This document shows positions 43,833-54,006 of a DNA stretch of 64,000 nt, piece by piece (position 1 is the first letter of the stretch; each line of letters starts with the position of its first letter). This DNA comes from Dehalococcoidales bacterium. Its GTDB lineage: Bacteria > Chloroflexota > Dehalococcoidia > Dehalococcoidales > JAUWZL01. The notes beneath the pieces were generated by a model. That model was not told the origin of the DNA and made no database searches. It worked only from the letters and a program-made list of their open reading frames with translations. Location of the stretch: the NCBI GenBank assembly GCA_034413595.1, contig DAOUMC010000030.1, positions 19,606 to 83,605 of the forward strand, read 5' to 3'. Made by a program: the position numbers and the translations under genes.

Positions 43833-45239
43833 ATGGGCCGAAAGTTGATTATCAGGTTGGCTTTTGTGACCCTCGGGGCTACGCTGCTGACCCTGTTCTT
43901 CCTGTTTGTTGTGAACGACTCTAAAGCCGAGGCCCAGACTCAGAGTGAGTGCATCACCTGTCACGCGGATGCGACGCCGGACATCGTAGACCAGTGGCTG
44001 CAGTCAAAGATGGCGGCTGTCAATGATTGCTCCACCTGCCACGGCTCGGAGCACATGACTGATACGGATGTGGATAAGGCCAAGCTGCCGACGCCGGATA
44101 CCTGTGGTCTGTGCCATGCCCAGAGGGTGAGTCAATTCCGGGATGGCAAGCACAGTCTGGCCTGGGCGGCCATGGAGGCAATGCCGGGCTGGACTCACCT
44201 GCCACTAGCGGTCCAGGGCCCGGCCGGCTTCAAGGGGTGCTCTGGCTGCCACAAGATTGGCGAAAAATCACCCGAGGAGCTGGCGTCACCCGAGTTTACC
44301 TACGGCACGGCCAGCTGTGACTCCTGCCACACCCGCCATGTTTTCTCCCGGGCTGAGGCTTTAGACCCGCATGCCTGCCAGACCTGCCACATGGGCTTTG
44401 ACCATCCCCAGTGGGAGATGTGGTCCACCTCCAAGATGGGCTCTATCTGGCTGATTGAGGGTGATACCGGGCGGGCGCCGAAGTGCCAGACCTGCCACAT
44501 GCCCGATGGCAGCCACGCCGTAATCACTCCCTGGGGTTTTTTGGGCCTCAGGGTGCCCGAGGAAGATGAGGGGTGGTGGGCCGACCGGGTGGTTATCCTC
44601 CAGGCTCTTGGCGTGCTGGATGCGCAGGGCAACCCCACCCCACGGCTTGATGTTGTCGATACGGCCAAGGTGGCCCGCCTGTCCACGGAGGAGTTTGATG
44701 CCGAACGGGCGAAGATGGAGTCTATCTGCCAGGGTTGTCACAGTGAAGACTTTGTTACCGAGCAAATGACAGCATCGGATAATATTCTGCGCGAAGCCGA
44801 TTCCCTGATGGCCGAAGCCATCCTGACGGTTAAGGGCCTTTACGACGACGAGGTACTGGATGTGCCCGAGGGCTGGGACTTTGCCCCTGACCTGCTCCAG
44901 TTCCGTAGCGCCCCGACTAGCGTGGAGCAGGAGCTGTTCACCATGTTCCTGGAATATCGCAACCGGACATTCATGGGGGCTTTCCATGCCAATCCGGACT
45001 ATATGTTCTGGTATGGTTATGCCTCCATGCAGAGCTCTTTGCAGACTATCAAGGACGAGGCCGCCAGCCTCAGGACTGAAGTCGAGCTTCAGGGACCAGC
45101 CGGCCCTCAGGGACCGGCGGGGCCTGAGGGGCCGTCGGGGCCGACCGGGGGAGTTACGTTAGCCATTGTGGCTCTTATTATGGCGGCCATTAGCCTGGTG
45201 GTGACTGCTGTCTTTGTCTTATGGCGGCGGGTCACTTAG
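43833..45239 (+). CDS. Octahaem c-type cytochrome (HAO/hydroxylamine-oxidoreductase-like family) with collagen-like stalk and C-terminal TM anchor
   Basis: Eight CxxCH motifs (CITCH, CSTCH, CGLCH, CSGCH, CDSCH, CQTCH, CQTCH, CQGCH), an N-terminal signal/anchor, GAFHANPDYMFWYG, a GPAGPQGPAGPEGPSGPTGG segment, and a hydrophobic helix at the C-terminus. Confidence 0.85.
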   Translation: MGRKLIIRLAFVTLGATLLTLFFLFVVNDSKAEAQTQSECITCHADATPDIVDQWLQSKMAAVNDCSTCHGSEHMTDTDVDKAKLPTPDTCGLCHAQRVSQFRDGKHSLAWAAMEAMPGWTHLPLAVQGPAGFKGCSGCHKIGEKSPEELASPEFTYGTASCDSCHTRHVFSRAEALDPHACQTCHMGFDHPQWEMWSTSKMGSIWLIEGDTGRAPKCQTCHMPDGSHAVITPWGFLGLRVPEEDEGWWADRVVILQALGVLDAQGNPTPRLDVVDTAKVARLSTEEFDAERAKMESICQGCHSEDFVTEQMTASDNILREADSLMAEAILTVKGLYDDEVLDVPEGWDFAPDLLQFRSAPTSVEQELFTMFLEYRNRTFMGAFHANPDYMFWYGYASMQSSLQTIKDEAASLRTEVELQGPAGPQGPAGPEGPSGPTGGVTLAIVALIMAAISLVVTAVFVLWRRVT

Positions 45240-45258
45240 ATAAATTAGACAAGAAAGA

Positions 45259-45291
45259 AAACTGGTCAGGTGTTAGCTACCTGACCAGTTT
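45259..45291. terminator. Bidirectional terminator hairpin between convergent genes
   Basis: Perfect 13-bp stem AAACTGGTCAGGT (45259-45271) / ACCTGACCAGTTT (45279-45291) with a 7-nt loop. A T-rich run follows on the minus strand. Confidence 0.7.
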
Positions 45292-45333
45292 CATTATACT
45301 GAGGCTGAGCCGCTTCAGCGTGCTTTCACGGCC

Positions 45334-45591
45334 TCAATCTTTTGTTTCTACCCGCTCGACCTCTATGGTGCACTCCGTTATCATTGCGGCGACAGCACCT
45401 ACCGCTGCCAGCACCGGAGCGACCATAATGCCAACTGCCGCCGCCGGTGCCCCGACCGATAGCGGGATTTCCAGCAGAGTCCTGTCTTTGTGAATCAGCC
45501 GCACCTTTCTGACATTACCCTCATGGATGAGCTGTTTGACTTTGCCCACCAACTCGCTGCCTGACACGGTGAATTTTTCTTTGGTTGTCAT
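45334..45591 (-). CDS. DUF4342-domain protein
   Basis: 85 aa: MTTKEKFTVSGSELVGKVKQLIHEGNVRKVRLIHKDRTLLEIPLSVG.... Confidence 0.75.
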   Translation of the reverse strand: MTTKEKFTVSGSELVGKVKQLIHEGNVRKVRLIHKDRTLLEIPLSVGAPAAAVGIMVAPVLAAVGAVAAMITECTIEVERVETKD

Positions 45592-45752
45592 TTCTTTCCT
45601 CGGCTTCCATTTTTATATTAAGTAGTTGGCTTTACAGTGTCAAGAGCCTGATTATAAGGTTCTTTCGGGTTTGTCGAGTCTAACTTCGGTATCATTCTAG
45701 CACCAACCAGATGCAAGCAGAAGCACAAAAACTACCACTTGGCCGGCTTTCG

Positions 45753-45761
45753 TGCTATACT
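45753..45761 (+). promoter_or_regulatory. Extended -10 element TGc-TATACT upstream of argF
   Basis: Lies on top of the track's GTG 45752 start, which argues for the downstream TTG 45791 start. Confidence 0.4.
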
Positions 45762-45790
45762 TTATACACAATATTCTGTTTGGAGCCCGG

Positions 45791-46732
45791 TTGAAAGGGA
45801 AGGACTTACTCTCAATATCTGACTTAAGCGGTGAAGACATCGGCCTGCTGATGTCTGCTACACTGGAGATGAAAGCCAGTGGCTGGCTGTCCTCGCTTAG
45901 CGGGAAGTCGCTGGCTATCCTCTTTGAGAAGCCTTCATTAAGGACGCGGGTCAGCTTTGAGATTGCCATGAGGCAGCTCGGCGGGCAGTGTGTCTATCTA
46001 TCCCCGGCTGAGGTCGGTCTCGGGCAGCGTGAGTCAGTTCCGGACGCAGCCCGGGTGCTGAGCCGCTACGTGGACGTTATTGCCGCCCGGACCTTCTCCC
46101 ACCAGACCCTGGAAGTGTTGGCCGGCTATGCCGATGTGCCGGTGATTAATGCCCTCTCTGACCTGGAGCACCCGTGCCAGGCCCTGGCTGACCTGTTCAC
46201 CATATGCGAGAAGAAGGGGGAGCTAAAGGGTCTGACCCTGGCTTTTGTCGGTGACGGCAACAACGTCGCCCATAGCCTGCTGCTGGCGGCTTCGCTCAGC
46301 GGGGTGAATTTCAGGATTGCCTCCCCCGAAGGCTACCAGGTTGATGACAGGATACTGCACCTGGCACAGGGCTATGCCGCGGAGAGTGATGCCGAGTTAC
46401 TGTGTACTGATGAGCCTTCTCTGGCGGTAAATGGTGCCGATGTAGTCTATACCGATGTCTGGACGAGCATGGGGCAGGAGGCCGAGGCCGAGAAAAGGCG
46501 CCGGGCATTCGCTGGCTATCGGGTGGATGGTAAGCTTATGTCTCTGGCTAAAGAGGACGCCATTCTGATGCACCCCTTGCCCGCCCACCGTGGTGAAGAG
46601 GTGGCCCAGGGTATCCTGGATAGCCCGGCATCGGTTGTCTTTGACCAGGCCGAGAACCGGCTGCACCTTACCAAGGCTCTGCTGGCTGAGATAATGGGTG
46701 CCATTGAGATACCGCTTGGTGGCAATAGCTAA
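45791..46732 (+). CDS. argF: Ornithine carbamoyltransferase
   Basis: (M)KGKDLLSISDLS...PSLRTRVSFE...HPCQ...HPLPAHRGEE. TTG start with GGAG 5 nt upstream. Confidence 0.9.
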   Translation: MKGKDLLSISDLSGEDIGLLMSATLEMKASGWLSSLSGKSLAILFEKPSLRTRVSFEIAMRQLGGQCVYLSPAEVGLGQRESVPDAARVLSRYVDVIAARTFSHQTLEVLAGYADVPVINALSDLEHPCQALADLFTICEKKGELKGLTLAFVGDGNNVAHSLLLAASLSGVNFRIASPEGYQVDDRILHLAQGYAAESDAELLCTDEPSLAVNGADVVYTDVWTSMGQEAEAEKRRRAFAGYRVDGKLMSLAKEDAILMHPLPAHRGEEVAQGILDSPASVVFDQAENRLHLTKALLAEIMGAIEIPLGGNS

Positions 46733-46827
46733 GAAGCAAAATTTGAATTGGCAAAAAGAAGGTGGTAGGGAATTTAAAGGTGTTGCTGGAGACCGCCTGC
46801 AATAAACAGTCCGAAGCGGAGTTTGGA

Positions 46828-48144
46828 GTGACAAAGCCAATCGTGGCTATCATCGGCAGACAGAACGTGGGCAAGTCCACCCTGCTTAACCGGCTGGCGG
46901 GCAGGCGGATAGCTATTGTCGCCGACCAGCCGGGAACTACCCGTGACCGCATATTAGCCAGTGTTTCCTGGCAGGGAACCGAATTTAATGTGGTGGACAC
47001 CGGAGGTCTTGAGCCGAGACCCGGCTCAAGCATGGCTCGGGCGGTCAATGAGCAGGTAAAGATAGCCATAGACGGGGCTGACATTCTTGTGTTTCTGGTC
47101 GATGCTAAGGATGGAGTGACTGCCACCGACCTGGAGATTACCGATTTACTTCGCCATTCGGGGAAACCCGTCCTGCTGGTGGCCAATAAGGCGGATAATG
47201 AGCGCCTGGAGGCGGAGGTGATCGAGTTTTTTGCTCTGGGGCTTGGTGAGCCGCTGGCGGTCAGCGCCCATCACGGGCGGGGCATTTCCGAGCTGCTGGA
47301 TAGAGTAATCTTATTGCTACCGCCGACACCACCGCCTGTCGCTGAGCCTGAGATTATGAAGCTGGCTATCGTCGGCCGGCCTAATGTGGGTAAATCAATG
47401 CTACTGAATGCTGTTCTGGGGGAGGGGAGGGCCGTTGTGAGTGATATCCCGGGGACCACCCGGGATGCTATAGACACACCACTTGACTTTGGGGGGCAAA
47501 GTGTGCTACTAATTGATACTGCTGGCATCGGTCGGCGAGGGCAGTGGGGGGCTGGGATAGGGCGCTACAGTGTGTTTCGTGCCCTGAGGGCTATTGACCG
47601 GGCCGATGTCGCTCTGCTTATGCTTGATGCTACTGAGCTGGTTACGGCTCAGGATAGGCATATCGCTGGCTATATCCAGCAGGCAGTTAAAGGAGTGGTG
47701 TTGCTGGTTAATAAATGGGACCTGGCGATGGGTTTGACTAAAGCCGAGTGCGGCCGTTTTGTCAGGGAAAGACTTAAGTTTGTGGCCTATGCGCCACTGT
47801 TGTTTATCTCGGCCAGACTTGGCTGGGGTGTGGATAGGGTTTTGACTCAGGCATGTCAGGTTTATCAAGAGAGACTCAAAAGAATAGGCACCGCCGAGCT
47901 TAACAGCCTGGTTCAACAGGTGGTGGCACGACATAACCCGCCCAGGAGTGGCCGCAGGCAGCTGAAGTTTCTGTACGCCACTCAGGCGGAGGTAAACCCG
48001 CCGACCTTTGTCTTCTTTGTCAATGACTCCAAACTGGTTCATTTCTCATATCAGCGCTACCTGGAGAACAAGCTGCGTCGGTCGTTCGGCTTTGCCGGTA
48101 CCCCACTTCGTCTAGTCTTCAGGACCAGAGGTGAGCCGTGCTAA
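46828..48144 (+). CDS. der: Ribosome-biogenesis GTPase Der (EngA)
   Basis: Two G domains (GRQNVGKSTLLN, GRPNVGKSMLLN) plus a KH-like C-terminus. GTG 46828 gives the canonical (M)TKPIVAIIG N-terminus. GTG 46762 is the alternative. Confidence 0.9.
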   Translation: MTKPIVAIIGRQNVGKSTLLNRLAGRRIAIVADQPGTTRDRILASVSWQGTEFNVVDTGGLEPRPGSSMARAVNEQVKIAIDGADILVFLVDAKDGVTATDLEITDLLRHSGKPVLLVANKADNERLEAEVIEFFALGLGEPLAVSAHHGRGISELLDRVILLLPPTPPPVAEPEIMKLAIVGRPNVGKSMLLNAVLGEGRAVVSDIPGTTRDAIDTPLDFGGQSVLLIDTAGIGRRGQWGAGIGRYSVFRALRAIDRADVALLMLDATELVTAQDRHIAGYIQQAVKGVVLLVNKWDLAMGLTKAECGRFVRERLKFVAYAPLLFISARLGWGVDRVLTQACQVYQERLKRIGTAELNSLVQQVVARHNPPRSGRRQLKFLYATQAEVNPPTFVFFVNDSKLVHFSYQRYLENKLRRSFGFAGTPLRLVFRTRGEPC

Positions 48145-48812
48145 TTGCCAAGTTTGTTTTGGTTGCCCTTGTCGGTTACATTCTGGGTTCTATCCCCTTC
48201 GGTTTGATAATAAGCCGGCGGAAAGCCAACATAGACATCAGGCAATATGGCAGCGGCAAGACCGGGGGCACTAATGTACTGCGAACACTGGGCAAGAAAG
48301 CATTCCTTGCGGTGGCTATCCTGGACATTGTAAAAGGGGCGCTGGCAGTGGTCTTTGCCGGGGTTATAATCGGCCACCAATATATGATAGTCGGTAGTTC
48401 CGGGCTGGGGTTGATTTTCGCCCAGGTTATTGCCGCACTGGCGGCTATGGCCGGGCATATCTGGCCGGTATTCGTTAAGTTTAAGGGGGGCAGGGGTGTG
48501 GCTACCTTCTTTGGCGGCCTGATAGCCTTGTGCCCGGTGGCCGGCCTTTTCGGCGGTGAGGCCCTGATTATAAGCGCCGGCCTCTCCGGCTTTGCTTCGC
48601 TGGGTTCAATTATCGGGGTAGTAGGTGCTTACGCTGTGTTGGTGCCGCTCACTATCGTATATGGCTTCCCCGTTGAGTACCTGGGTTATGTACTTATAGG
48701 CACCTTGCTCATTACATTTGTGCATCGGGACAATGTCAAGAGGCTGCTCTCGGGTAAGGAGCGTAAGCTAGACCAGAAAGCTGAACACCCCACCTCAATT
48801 GGGATGGCTTAG
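48138..48812 (+). CDS. plsY: Glycerol-3-phosphate acyltransferase PlsY
   Basis: GYILGSIPFG...GSGKTGGTNVLR...KGGRGVAT. Confidence 0.9.
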   Translation: MLIAKFVLVALVGYILGSIPFGLIISRRKANIDIRQYGSGKTGGTNVLRTLGKKAFLAVAILDIVKGALAVVFAGVIIGHQYMIVGSSGLGLIFAQVIAALAAMAGHIWPVFVKFKGGRGVATFFGGLIALCPVAGLFGGEALIISAGLSGFASLGSIIGVVGAYAVLVPLTIVYGFPVEYLGYVLIGTLLITFVHRDNVKRLLSGKERKLDQKAEHPTSIGMA

Positions 48813-48853
48813 CCAATACCGTTTCTTTTGGTCACCCCATAAAAGGCTGAGAT

Positions 48854-49894
48854 ATGCCCAAGATTGCTATAGTCGGTACCACCGCTTGGGGAATAGCCTT
48901 AGGCTTGGTTTTGGCACATAAGGGGCTAGAAGTCAGGCTATGGGCACGAACCGAGGAGGAGGCAGAGAGGCTGAGAAGCAAGGGGCCAGACCCTGACCTG
49001 CTTCCGGGGGTTGCCTTCCCACCACAACTAACGGTCACCAGTTCACTTAAGGGGGCACTAAGTCGCGCCAGCGCTCTTATTCTGGCTGTACCCTCTCAGT
49101 CCATGCGGAAGAATATAAAGCTGGCTAAAGACTACCTGAGAGCGTCAATGCTGATAGTAAGCGTGGCCAAGGGGTTGGAGGTAGTCTCAAACAAGCGCAT
49201 GTCGCAGGTGATAGCTGAAGAGATAAACCCACGCTTCCGCGCCAATATCTGTGTCCTTTCTGGCCCCAATCTGGCGAGTGAGGTTGTTAGAGGGCTGCCG
49301 GCATCGGCAGTGGTGGCGGCCGAGGAAGAAGCTGTGGCCAGAAAGGCCCAGAGGCTGCTGGCGGCACCCAATTTTTCTATTTATACCAATAACGATGTCA
49401 TCGGGGTGGAGCTGGGTGGTGCGCTGAAGAACGTGATTGCTCTTGGTGCCGGCATGGTTGATGGCTTGGGCTATGGGGATAATGCCAAAGCCGCCTTTAT
49501 CACCCGGGGTCTTACCGAGATGGCGGCCCTTGGAGTTGCCCTTGGTGCCAGCCCTCTGACCCTGTCCGGGTTGGCCGGCCTTGGCGACCTTATAGCCACC
49601 TGTGCCAGCCCCTTGAGCCGCAATCACTATGTCGGCGTTGAGCTGGTCAAAGGCCGCTCTCCGGAAGAAATTGTCAGGACAATGACCGGCATAGCCGAAG
49701 GGGTGAATACCACGTCTGTTGCCTGGGATATGGCCCAGAAGCTCAAGCTAGAGATGCCAATCACGGAAAAGATTTATCAGGTTCTATTCAATGGTGCTGG
49801 TGCTCGCCAGGTGATGACCGAGATACTGGGGACCAGGGGCAGGCATGAACTGGCCGGTCGCAAGTGGAAGCTTTTTTCCTTTTTCAGGCGCTAG
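48854..49894 (+). CDS. gpsA: NAD(P)H-dependent glycerol-3-phosphate dehydrogenase
   Basis: MPKIAIVGTTAWG...GALKNVIALGAG...EG. Confidence 0.9.
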   Translation: MPKIAIVGTTAWGIALGLVLAHKGLEVRLWARTEEEAERLRSKGPDPDLLPGVAFPPQLTVTSSLKGALSRASALILAVPSQSMRKNIKLAKDYLRASMLIVSVAKGLEVVSNKRMSQVIAEEINPRFRANICVLSGPNLASEVVRGLPASAVVAAEEEAVARKAQRLLAAPNFSIYTNNDVIGVELGGALKNVIALGAGMVDGLGYGDNAKAAFITRGLTEMAALGVALGASPLTLSGLAGLGDLIATCASPLSRNHYVGVELVKGRSPEEIVRTMTGIAEGVNTTSVAWDMAQKLKLEMPITEKIYQVLFNGAGARQVMTEILGTRGRHELAGRKWKLFSFFRR

Positions 49895-49932
49895 AAGTGG
49901 GGTAAGCCGAAAGACCGGCGCAGAATCAGGGA

Positions 49933-51015
49933 TTATTTCTTCTTCCCGTCCTGACCAAAGCTCTTAGCCAGCTCCTGGAAAAGCTGCTGCTGCTGTTTGG
50001 TCAGCTTTCGCGGAGTAACCACCACCAGCCTGACTAGCTGGTCACCATGTCCGGACCGCTGAAAATGGGCGACACCTTTGCCCTTAAGCCGAAGGACTGT
50101 GCCCGGTTGGCTGCCCGCCGGAACCTTGAGTTTGACCTCGCCATAGAGTGTGGGCACCATTATATCGGTGCCCAGTGCCGCCTGGGCGAAGTTAATCGGC
50201 AGCTCGTAGATGATGTTGGCCCCTTCTCTCTGGAAGATTGGGTGTTCCAGGACACTGACGCTGATGTAAAGATTGCCCGTGGGTCCGCCTCTCTGGCCGA
50301 TGTCGCCCTTACCACTGAGACGCAGTTCAATGCCGTCATCAATACCGGCCGGTATCTCCAGCTCGAGGCTACGCTTCAGCCTTTCTGTGCCCGAACCTTT
50401 ACACTGGGGACAGGGCTCGGTGATAATTTTGCCCTCGCCCTGACACTGAGAACAGGCAGTAACATTGCTGAAGCGACCGAATAGGCCCTGTTGAATCCGG
50501 CGCACCCGCCCGCTGCCGTTGCAGCCGGGGCAGACACCGGGCTGGCTGCCCGGCCGGGCGCCGGTGCCCTGGCACAGGGAGCACTTCTCAATGCAGGATA
50601 TCTTAATCTCTTTTTGGCAGCCGAGAGCCGCTTCCTCAAACGTAATGGTCAGCTTGTAGTGCAGGTCAGTGCCCCGCCTCGGACCCTGCCGGGTTGAGGT
50701 GGCCATCTCGCTGAAAAAGTCGTAGAAGTCCTCAAAGATGCTGCCGACACCGCTGAAGCCGAAGCCCTCAAAGCCGCGGCCGAATATTCCCTCAGTGCCG
50801 GCATGCCCGAAACGGTCGTAGTTCCTGCGTTTTGCCGGGTCGGCCAGTACCTCGTAGGCCTCGTTGATTTCCTTGAACTTGTCCGCCGCCCCGTCTCCCG
50901 AGTTGTGGTCGGGGTGATACTGGAAGGCCAGCTTGCGGAAAGCCTTCTTTATCTCTTCCGGGGAGGCGTCTCGGCTTACCCCCAGGACTTCGTAATAATC
51001 CCGCTTTACTGCCAT
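49933..51015 (-). CDS. dnaJ: Molecular chaperone DnaJ
   Basis: J domain (DYYEVLGV...HPD), G/F region and four CxxCxGxG repeats. Confidence 0.95.
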   Translation of the reverse strand: MAVKRDYYEVLGVSRDASPEEIKKAFRKLAFQYHPDHNSGDGAADKFKEINEAYEVLADPAKRRNYDRFGHAGTEGIFGRGFEGFGFSGVGSIFEDFYDFFSEMATSTRQGPRRGTDLHYKLTITFEEAALGCQKEIKISCIEKCSLCQGTGARPGSQPGVCPGCNGSGRVRRIQQGLFGRFSNVTACSQCQGEGKIITEPCPQCKGSGTERLKRSLELEIPAGIDDGIELRLSGKGDIGQRGGPTGNLYISVSVLEHPIFQREGANIIYELPINFAQAALGTDIMVPTLYGEVKLKVPAGSQPGTVLRLKGKGVAHFQRSGHGDQLVRLVVVTPRKLTKQQQQLFQELAKSFGQDGKKK

Positions 51016-51042
51016 ATTTTAAAAATCCTAACCCTTTTTCCT

Positions 51043-51095
51043 TTCCCTCTGGTAAAGGGAAGGGGAATGGTTTTCAGAGGGGCAAAGCCCCTCTG
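51043..51095. repeat. Hairpin repeats (TTCCCT...AGGGAA; CAGAGGGGC-aaa-GCCCCTCTG)
   Basis: 9-bp perfect stem at 51075-51083/51087-51095, directly abutting MITE-like copy B. Confidence 0.8.
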
Positions 51096-51106
51096 AAACT
51101 CCTCTT

Positions 51107-51225
51107 GTCACCCTGAGCGGAGGCGAAGGGTCTCGGGGCAGTGGAGGCTATCTGCGGGTAGCAACCCCACCGAGATTCTTCGTCGCCCCGATGTATCGGG
51201 ACTCCTCAGAATGACACTTTGAATA
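51107..51225. repeat. MITE-like nested inverted-repeat element, copy B (119 bp), inverted relative to copy A
   Basis: GTCACCCTGAGCG..GCGAAGGGTCTCGGGG...CCCCACCGAGATTCTTCG...CTCCTCAGAATGAC. Blocks of 13, 16, 18 and 14 nt are identical to the reverse complement of 34143-34252. Confidence 0.8.
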
Positions 51226-51256
51226 TTTAGCCTCCGCGAACTAGCGCTATTGGGTT

Positions 51257-51457
51257 TCAAGTAATCTTGCATTCCTTTTCGACCACTTCCATAAGAGGCC
51301 TGTAATTTCTTTCTGACACCATCTCAGGGAACCTTATACCATGTGACTCTATCCATTGCCAATGCACTTGAAAACTAGTATGTGTGTTTATCATATGTCC
51401 ACACATACTACGAGCAGTGGTTGTTATTTTTCCACAGACCTGGCATCTATAACTCAT
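51257..51457 (-). CDS. 66-aa protein with classical C2H2 zinc-finger spacing (hypothetical)
   Basis: MSYRCQVCGKITTTARSMCGHMINTH matches Y-x-C-x2-C-x12-H-x4-H. AT-rich (51361-51420 is 23/60 G+C). Starts 9 nt after the dnaK stop with a weak Shine-Dalgarno. Confidence 0.5.
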   Translation of the reverse strand: MSYRCQVCGKITTTARSMCGHMINTHTSFQVHWQWIESHGIRFPEMVSERNYRPLMEVVEKECKIT

Positions 51458-51466
51458 GGTTTTTTT

Positions 51467-53377
51467 CTACACCTCTCTAAACTCGCCCTCCACCGTGCCT
51501 TCGTCTTCCTTGGGGGGTGGTGTTTCGCCAGGGGGCGGTGCTTCCTCGCCTGTCGGTGGCTCCTGCCCGTAAACAGCAGAGCCTAACTTCTGCATAGACT
51601 CAGAAAGCTCCTGCATCGCCCGGCGGAGGGCTTCAACATCACTGCCCTGTAGTGCCTGCTTCACAGCAGCTATCTTACCCTCCAGTTCCTGGTTCAGGTC
51701 GGCCGGTACCTTATCCTTTTGCTCCCTGAGCGTTTTCTCCGCGGTATAGACCATGTTGTCGGCTGTGTTTCGTGTTTCTATCTCTTCGCGTTTTTTGGCG
51801 TCTTCGGCGGCGTGTGCCTCAGCCTGCCGCTGCATCTTTTCCACTTCTTCTCTGGAGAGTCCGCTGGAGGCAGTGATGGTTATCTTCTGCTCCTTGCCAG
51901 TGCCCTTATCGCGTGCCTTGACGTTTAAGATTCCGTTGGCATCGATGTCAAAGGTGACCTCAATCTGTGGTATGCCGCGTGGGGCAGGCAGTATGCCATC
52001 AAGCATAAACCGGCCCAGTGTCCGGTTGTCCGCCGCCATCGGTCTTTCTCCCTGCAGGACGTGAATCTCAACGCTGGGCTGGTTATCAGCGGCGGTACTG
52101 AAAATCTGACTCTTGGCCGTGGGAATGGTGGTGTTGCGCGGGATGAGTGGCGTCGCCACTGCCCCCAGGGTCTCAATGCCCAGGGTGAGCGGGGTAACAT
52201 CCAGCAGGAGAACCTCCTTGACCTCTCCCTTGAGCACTCCGGCCTGAATAGCCGCTCCGACGGCGACCACCTCATCCGGGTTGACTCCCTTGTTGGGCTC
52301 CTTGCCGAAGAACTGCTTTACCTTCTGCTGGACCAGCGGCATCCTGGTCTGCCCGCCGACCAGAATCACCTCATCAATCTGGGCCGAGGTCTTGTTGGCA
52401 TCGGAAAGAGCCTGCTTACAGGGGCCCAGGGTTTTGTCCACCAGTTCCATCACCAGCTGCTCCAGCTTGGCCCGGGTGAGGGGGATGTTGAGGTGCTTGG
52501 GGCCGCTGGCATCGGCGGTGATGAAGGGAAGGTTTACCTCGGTCTGCTGCACGGTGGACAGCTCTATCTTGGCCTTTTCTGCGGCTTCCTTTATCCGCTG
52601 TAAAGCCGTCCTGTCCTGCCTGAGGTCTATCCCCTGGTCTTTCTTGAACTCGTCGCACAACCAGTCCATAATCTTCTGGTCAAAGTCGTCACCGCCAAGA
52701 TGGGTATCACCGGCGGTTGACTTCACCTGGAACGTGCCTTCACCGATTTCCAGGATTGATATATCAAAAGTGCCACCACCGAGGTCATAAACGGCGATGG
52801 TCTCCTCCTTTTTCTTATCCAGTCCATAAGCCAGAGAAGCCGCTGTTGGTTCGTTTATTATCCGCAGGACATTGAGCCCGGCTATCTTGCCGGCATCCTT
52901 GGTTGCCTGCCGCTGGGCATCATTGAAGTAGGCGGGCACGGTGATTACGGCGTCGGTGACCTTCTGACCAAGGTAAGCCTCGGCATCCTGCTTTAGCTTT
53001 TGAAGAATCATGGCCGAGATTTCCGGCGGGCTGTATTCCTTGCCGCCCATGACCACCCGGACATCGTTATTAGGGGCCTTGGTTACCTTGTAGGTCTTGC
53101 GGCGGGCGTCCTCTTCCACCGGTAGCTCACGTCCCGGTGGCTCCCCCCACTTACGCCCCATGAAACGCTTGATGCTATAGATGGTGTTATCCGGGTTGAC
53201 AATAGCCTGTCGCCGGGCCAACTGCCCGACCAGGCGCTCGCCGTTCTTGCTTATAGCCACTACTGAAGGGATGAGATTGCCGCCTTCGGCGGAAGGGATG
53301 ACCTTGGGTTCACCACCTTCCATGACCGCTATTTCACTGAATGTTGTGCCTAGGTCAATGCCTACTGCTTTTGCCAT
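51467..53377 (-). CDS. dnaK: Molecular chaperone DnaK (Hsp70)
   Basis: [14 protein letters not shown]...DLGGGTFD..., 636 aa. Confidence 0.97.
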   Translation of the reverse strand: MAKAVGIDLGTTFSEIAVMEGGEPKVIPSAEGGNLIPSVVAISKNGERLVGQLARRQAIVNPDNTIYSIKRFMGRKWGEPPGRELPVEEDARRKTYKVTKAPNNDVRVVMGGKEYSPPEISAMILQKLKQDAEAYLGQKVTDAVITVPAYFNDAQRQATKDAGKIAGLNVLRIINEPTAASLAYGLDKKKEETIAVYDLGGGTFDISILEIGEGTFQVKSTAGDTHLGGDDFDQKIMDWLCDEFKKDQGIDLRQDRTALQRIKEAAEKAKIELSTVQQTEVNLPFITADASGPKHLNIPLTRAKLEQLVMELVDKTLGPCKQALSDANKTSAQIDEVILVGGQTRMPLVQQKVKQFFGKEPNKGVNPDEVVAVGAAIQAGVLKGEVKEVLLLDVTPLTLGIETLGAVATPLIPRNTTIPTAKSQIFSTAADNQPSVEIHVLQGERPMAADNRTLGRFMLDGILPAPRGIPQIEVTFDIDANGILNVKARDKGTGKEQKITITASSGLSREEVEKMQRQAEAHAAEDAKKREEIETRNTADNMVYTAEKTLREQKDKVPADLNQELEGKIAAVKQALQGSDVEALRRAMQELSESMQKLGSAVYGQEPPTGEEAPPPGETPPPKEDEGTVEGEFREV

Positions 53378-53436
53378 GAGCTTTTCTTCCTCCTCAAATG
53401 TTTGGGTTGTGTAGATTATGTGTAATGTTTTGCGGT

Positions 53437-54006
53437 TTAGTCCCAGAAGTCCTCTGCCGGCTCGTCCTCTTCCTGGCCGTTACCAACAGCTACCTTTGCC
53501 GGCCGCAGGAGTTTATCATTTAGCTTGTAGCCTTTCTGTAATTCCTTGACCACTATGCCTTCCTTGCCCTTGACGTGCATGGCGGCTTCGTGCAGATTAG
53601 GGTCAAAAGCCTCCCCCTGTGCCTTTATCTGAGTAAGCCCCTGTGCCTCCAGAATGTTACGAAACTTGCGTTCTATCAGCCGGATACCGTCCACCCAGCC
53701 GTGTTTGTCCGGTCTATGCGGGACAGAGGCAAAGGCCCGTTCCAGGTCATCAAGAATGGGCAGCAGGTTCAAGATGAGTGCTGAGTTGGCAAGTTTCTTG
53801 GTCTCCTCTCTTTCCCGCTCATTGCGCCGCTTGAAGTTGATAAAGTCAGCCTGAGCTCTCTTACAGTTGTCCAGATAGTCTTGTGCTTTAGCCCTCTCTT
53901 CAGCCAGAACCTGCCTTAGTGTCTCAGCATTCTCTACCTCGGCTACATTCTCTTCTGCCTCTGTTTCACTTCTATCATCGCCGCCCTCTTGATGGCTAAT
54001 TCTCAC
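53437..54006 (-). CDS. grpE: Nucleotide exchange factor GrpE
   Basis: Position in the hrcA-grpE-dnaK operon, with a coiled-coil N-terminus and a GrpE-like C-terminus ([11 protein letters not shown]). Confidence 0.9.
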   Translation of the reverse strand: MRISHQEGGDDRSETEAEENVAEVENAETLRQVLAEERAKAQDYLDNCKRAQADFINFKRRNEREREETKKLANSALILNLLPILDDLERAFASVPHRPDKHGWVDGIRLIERKFRNILEAQGLTQIKAQGEAFDPNLHEAAMHVKGKEGIVVKELQKGYKLNDKLLRPAKVAVGNGQEEDEPAEDFWD

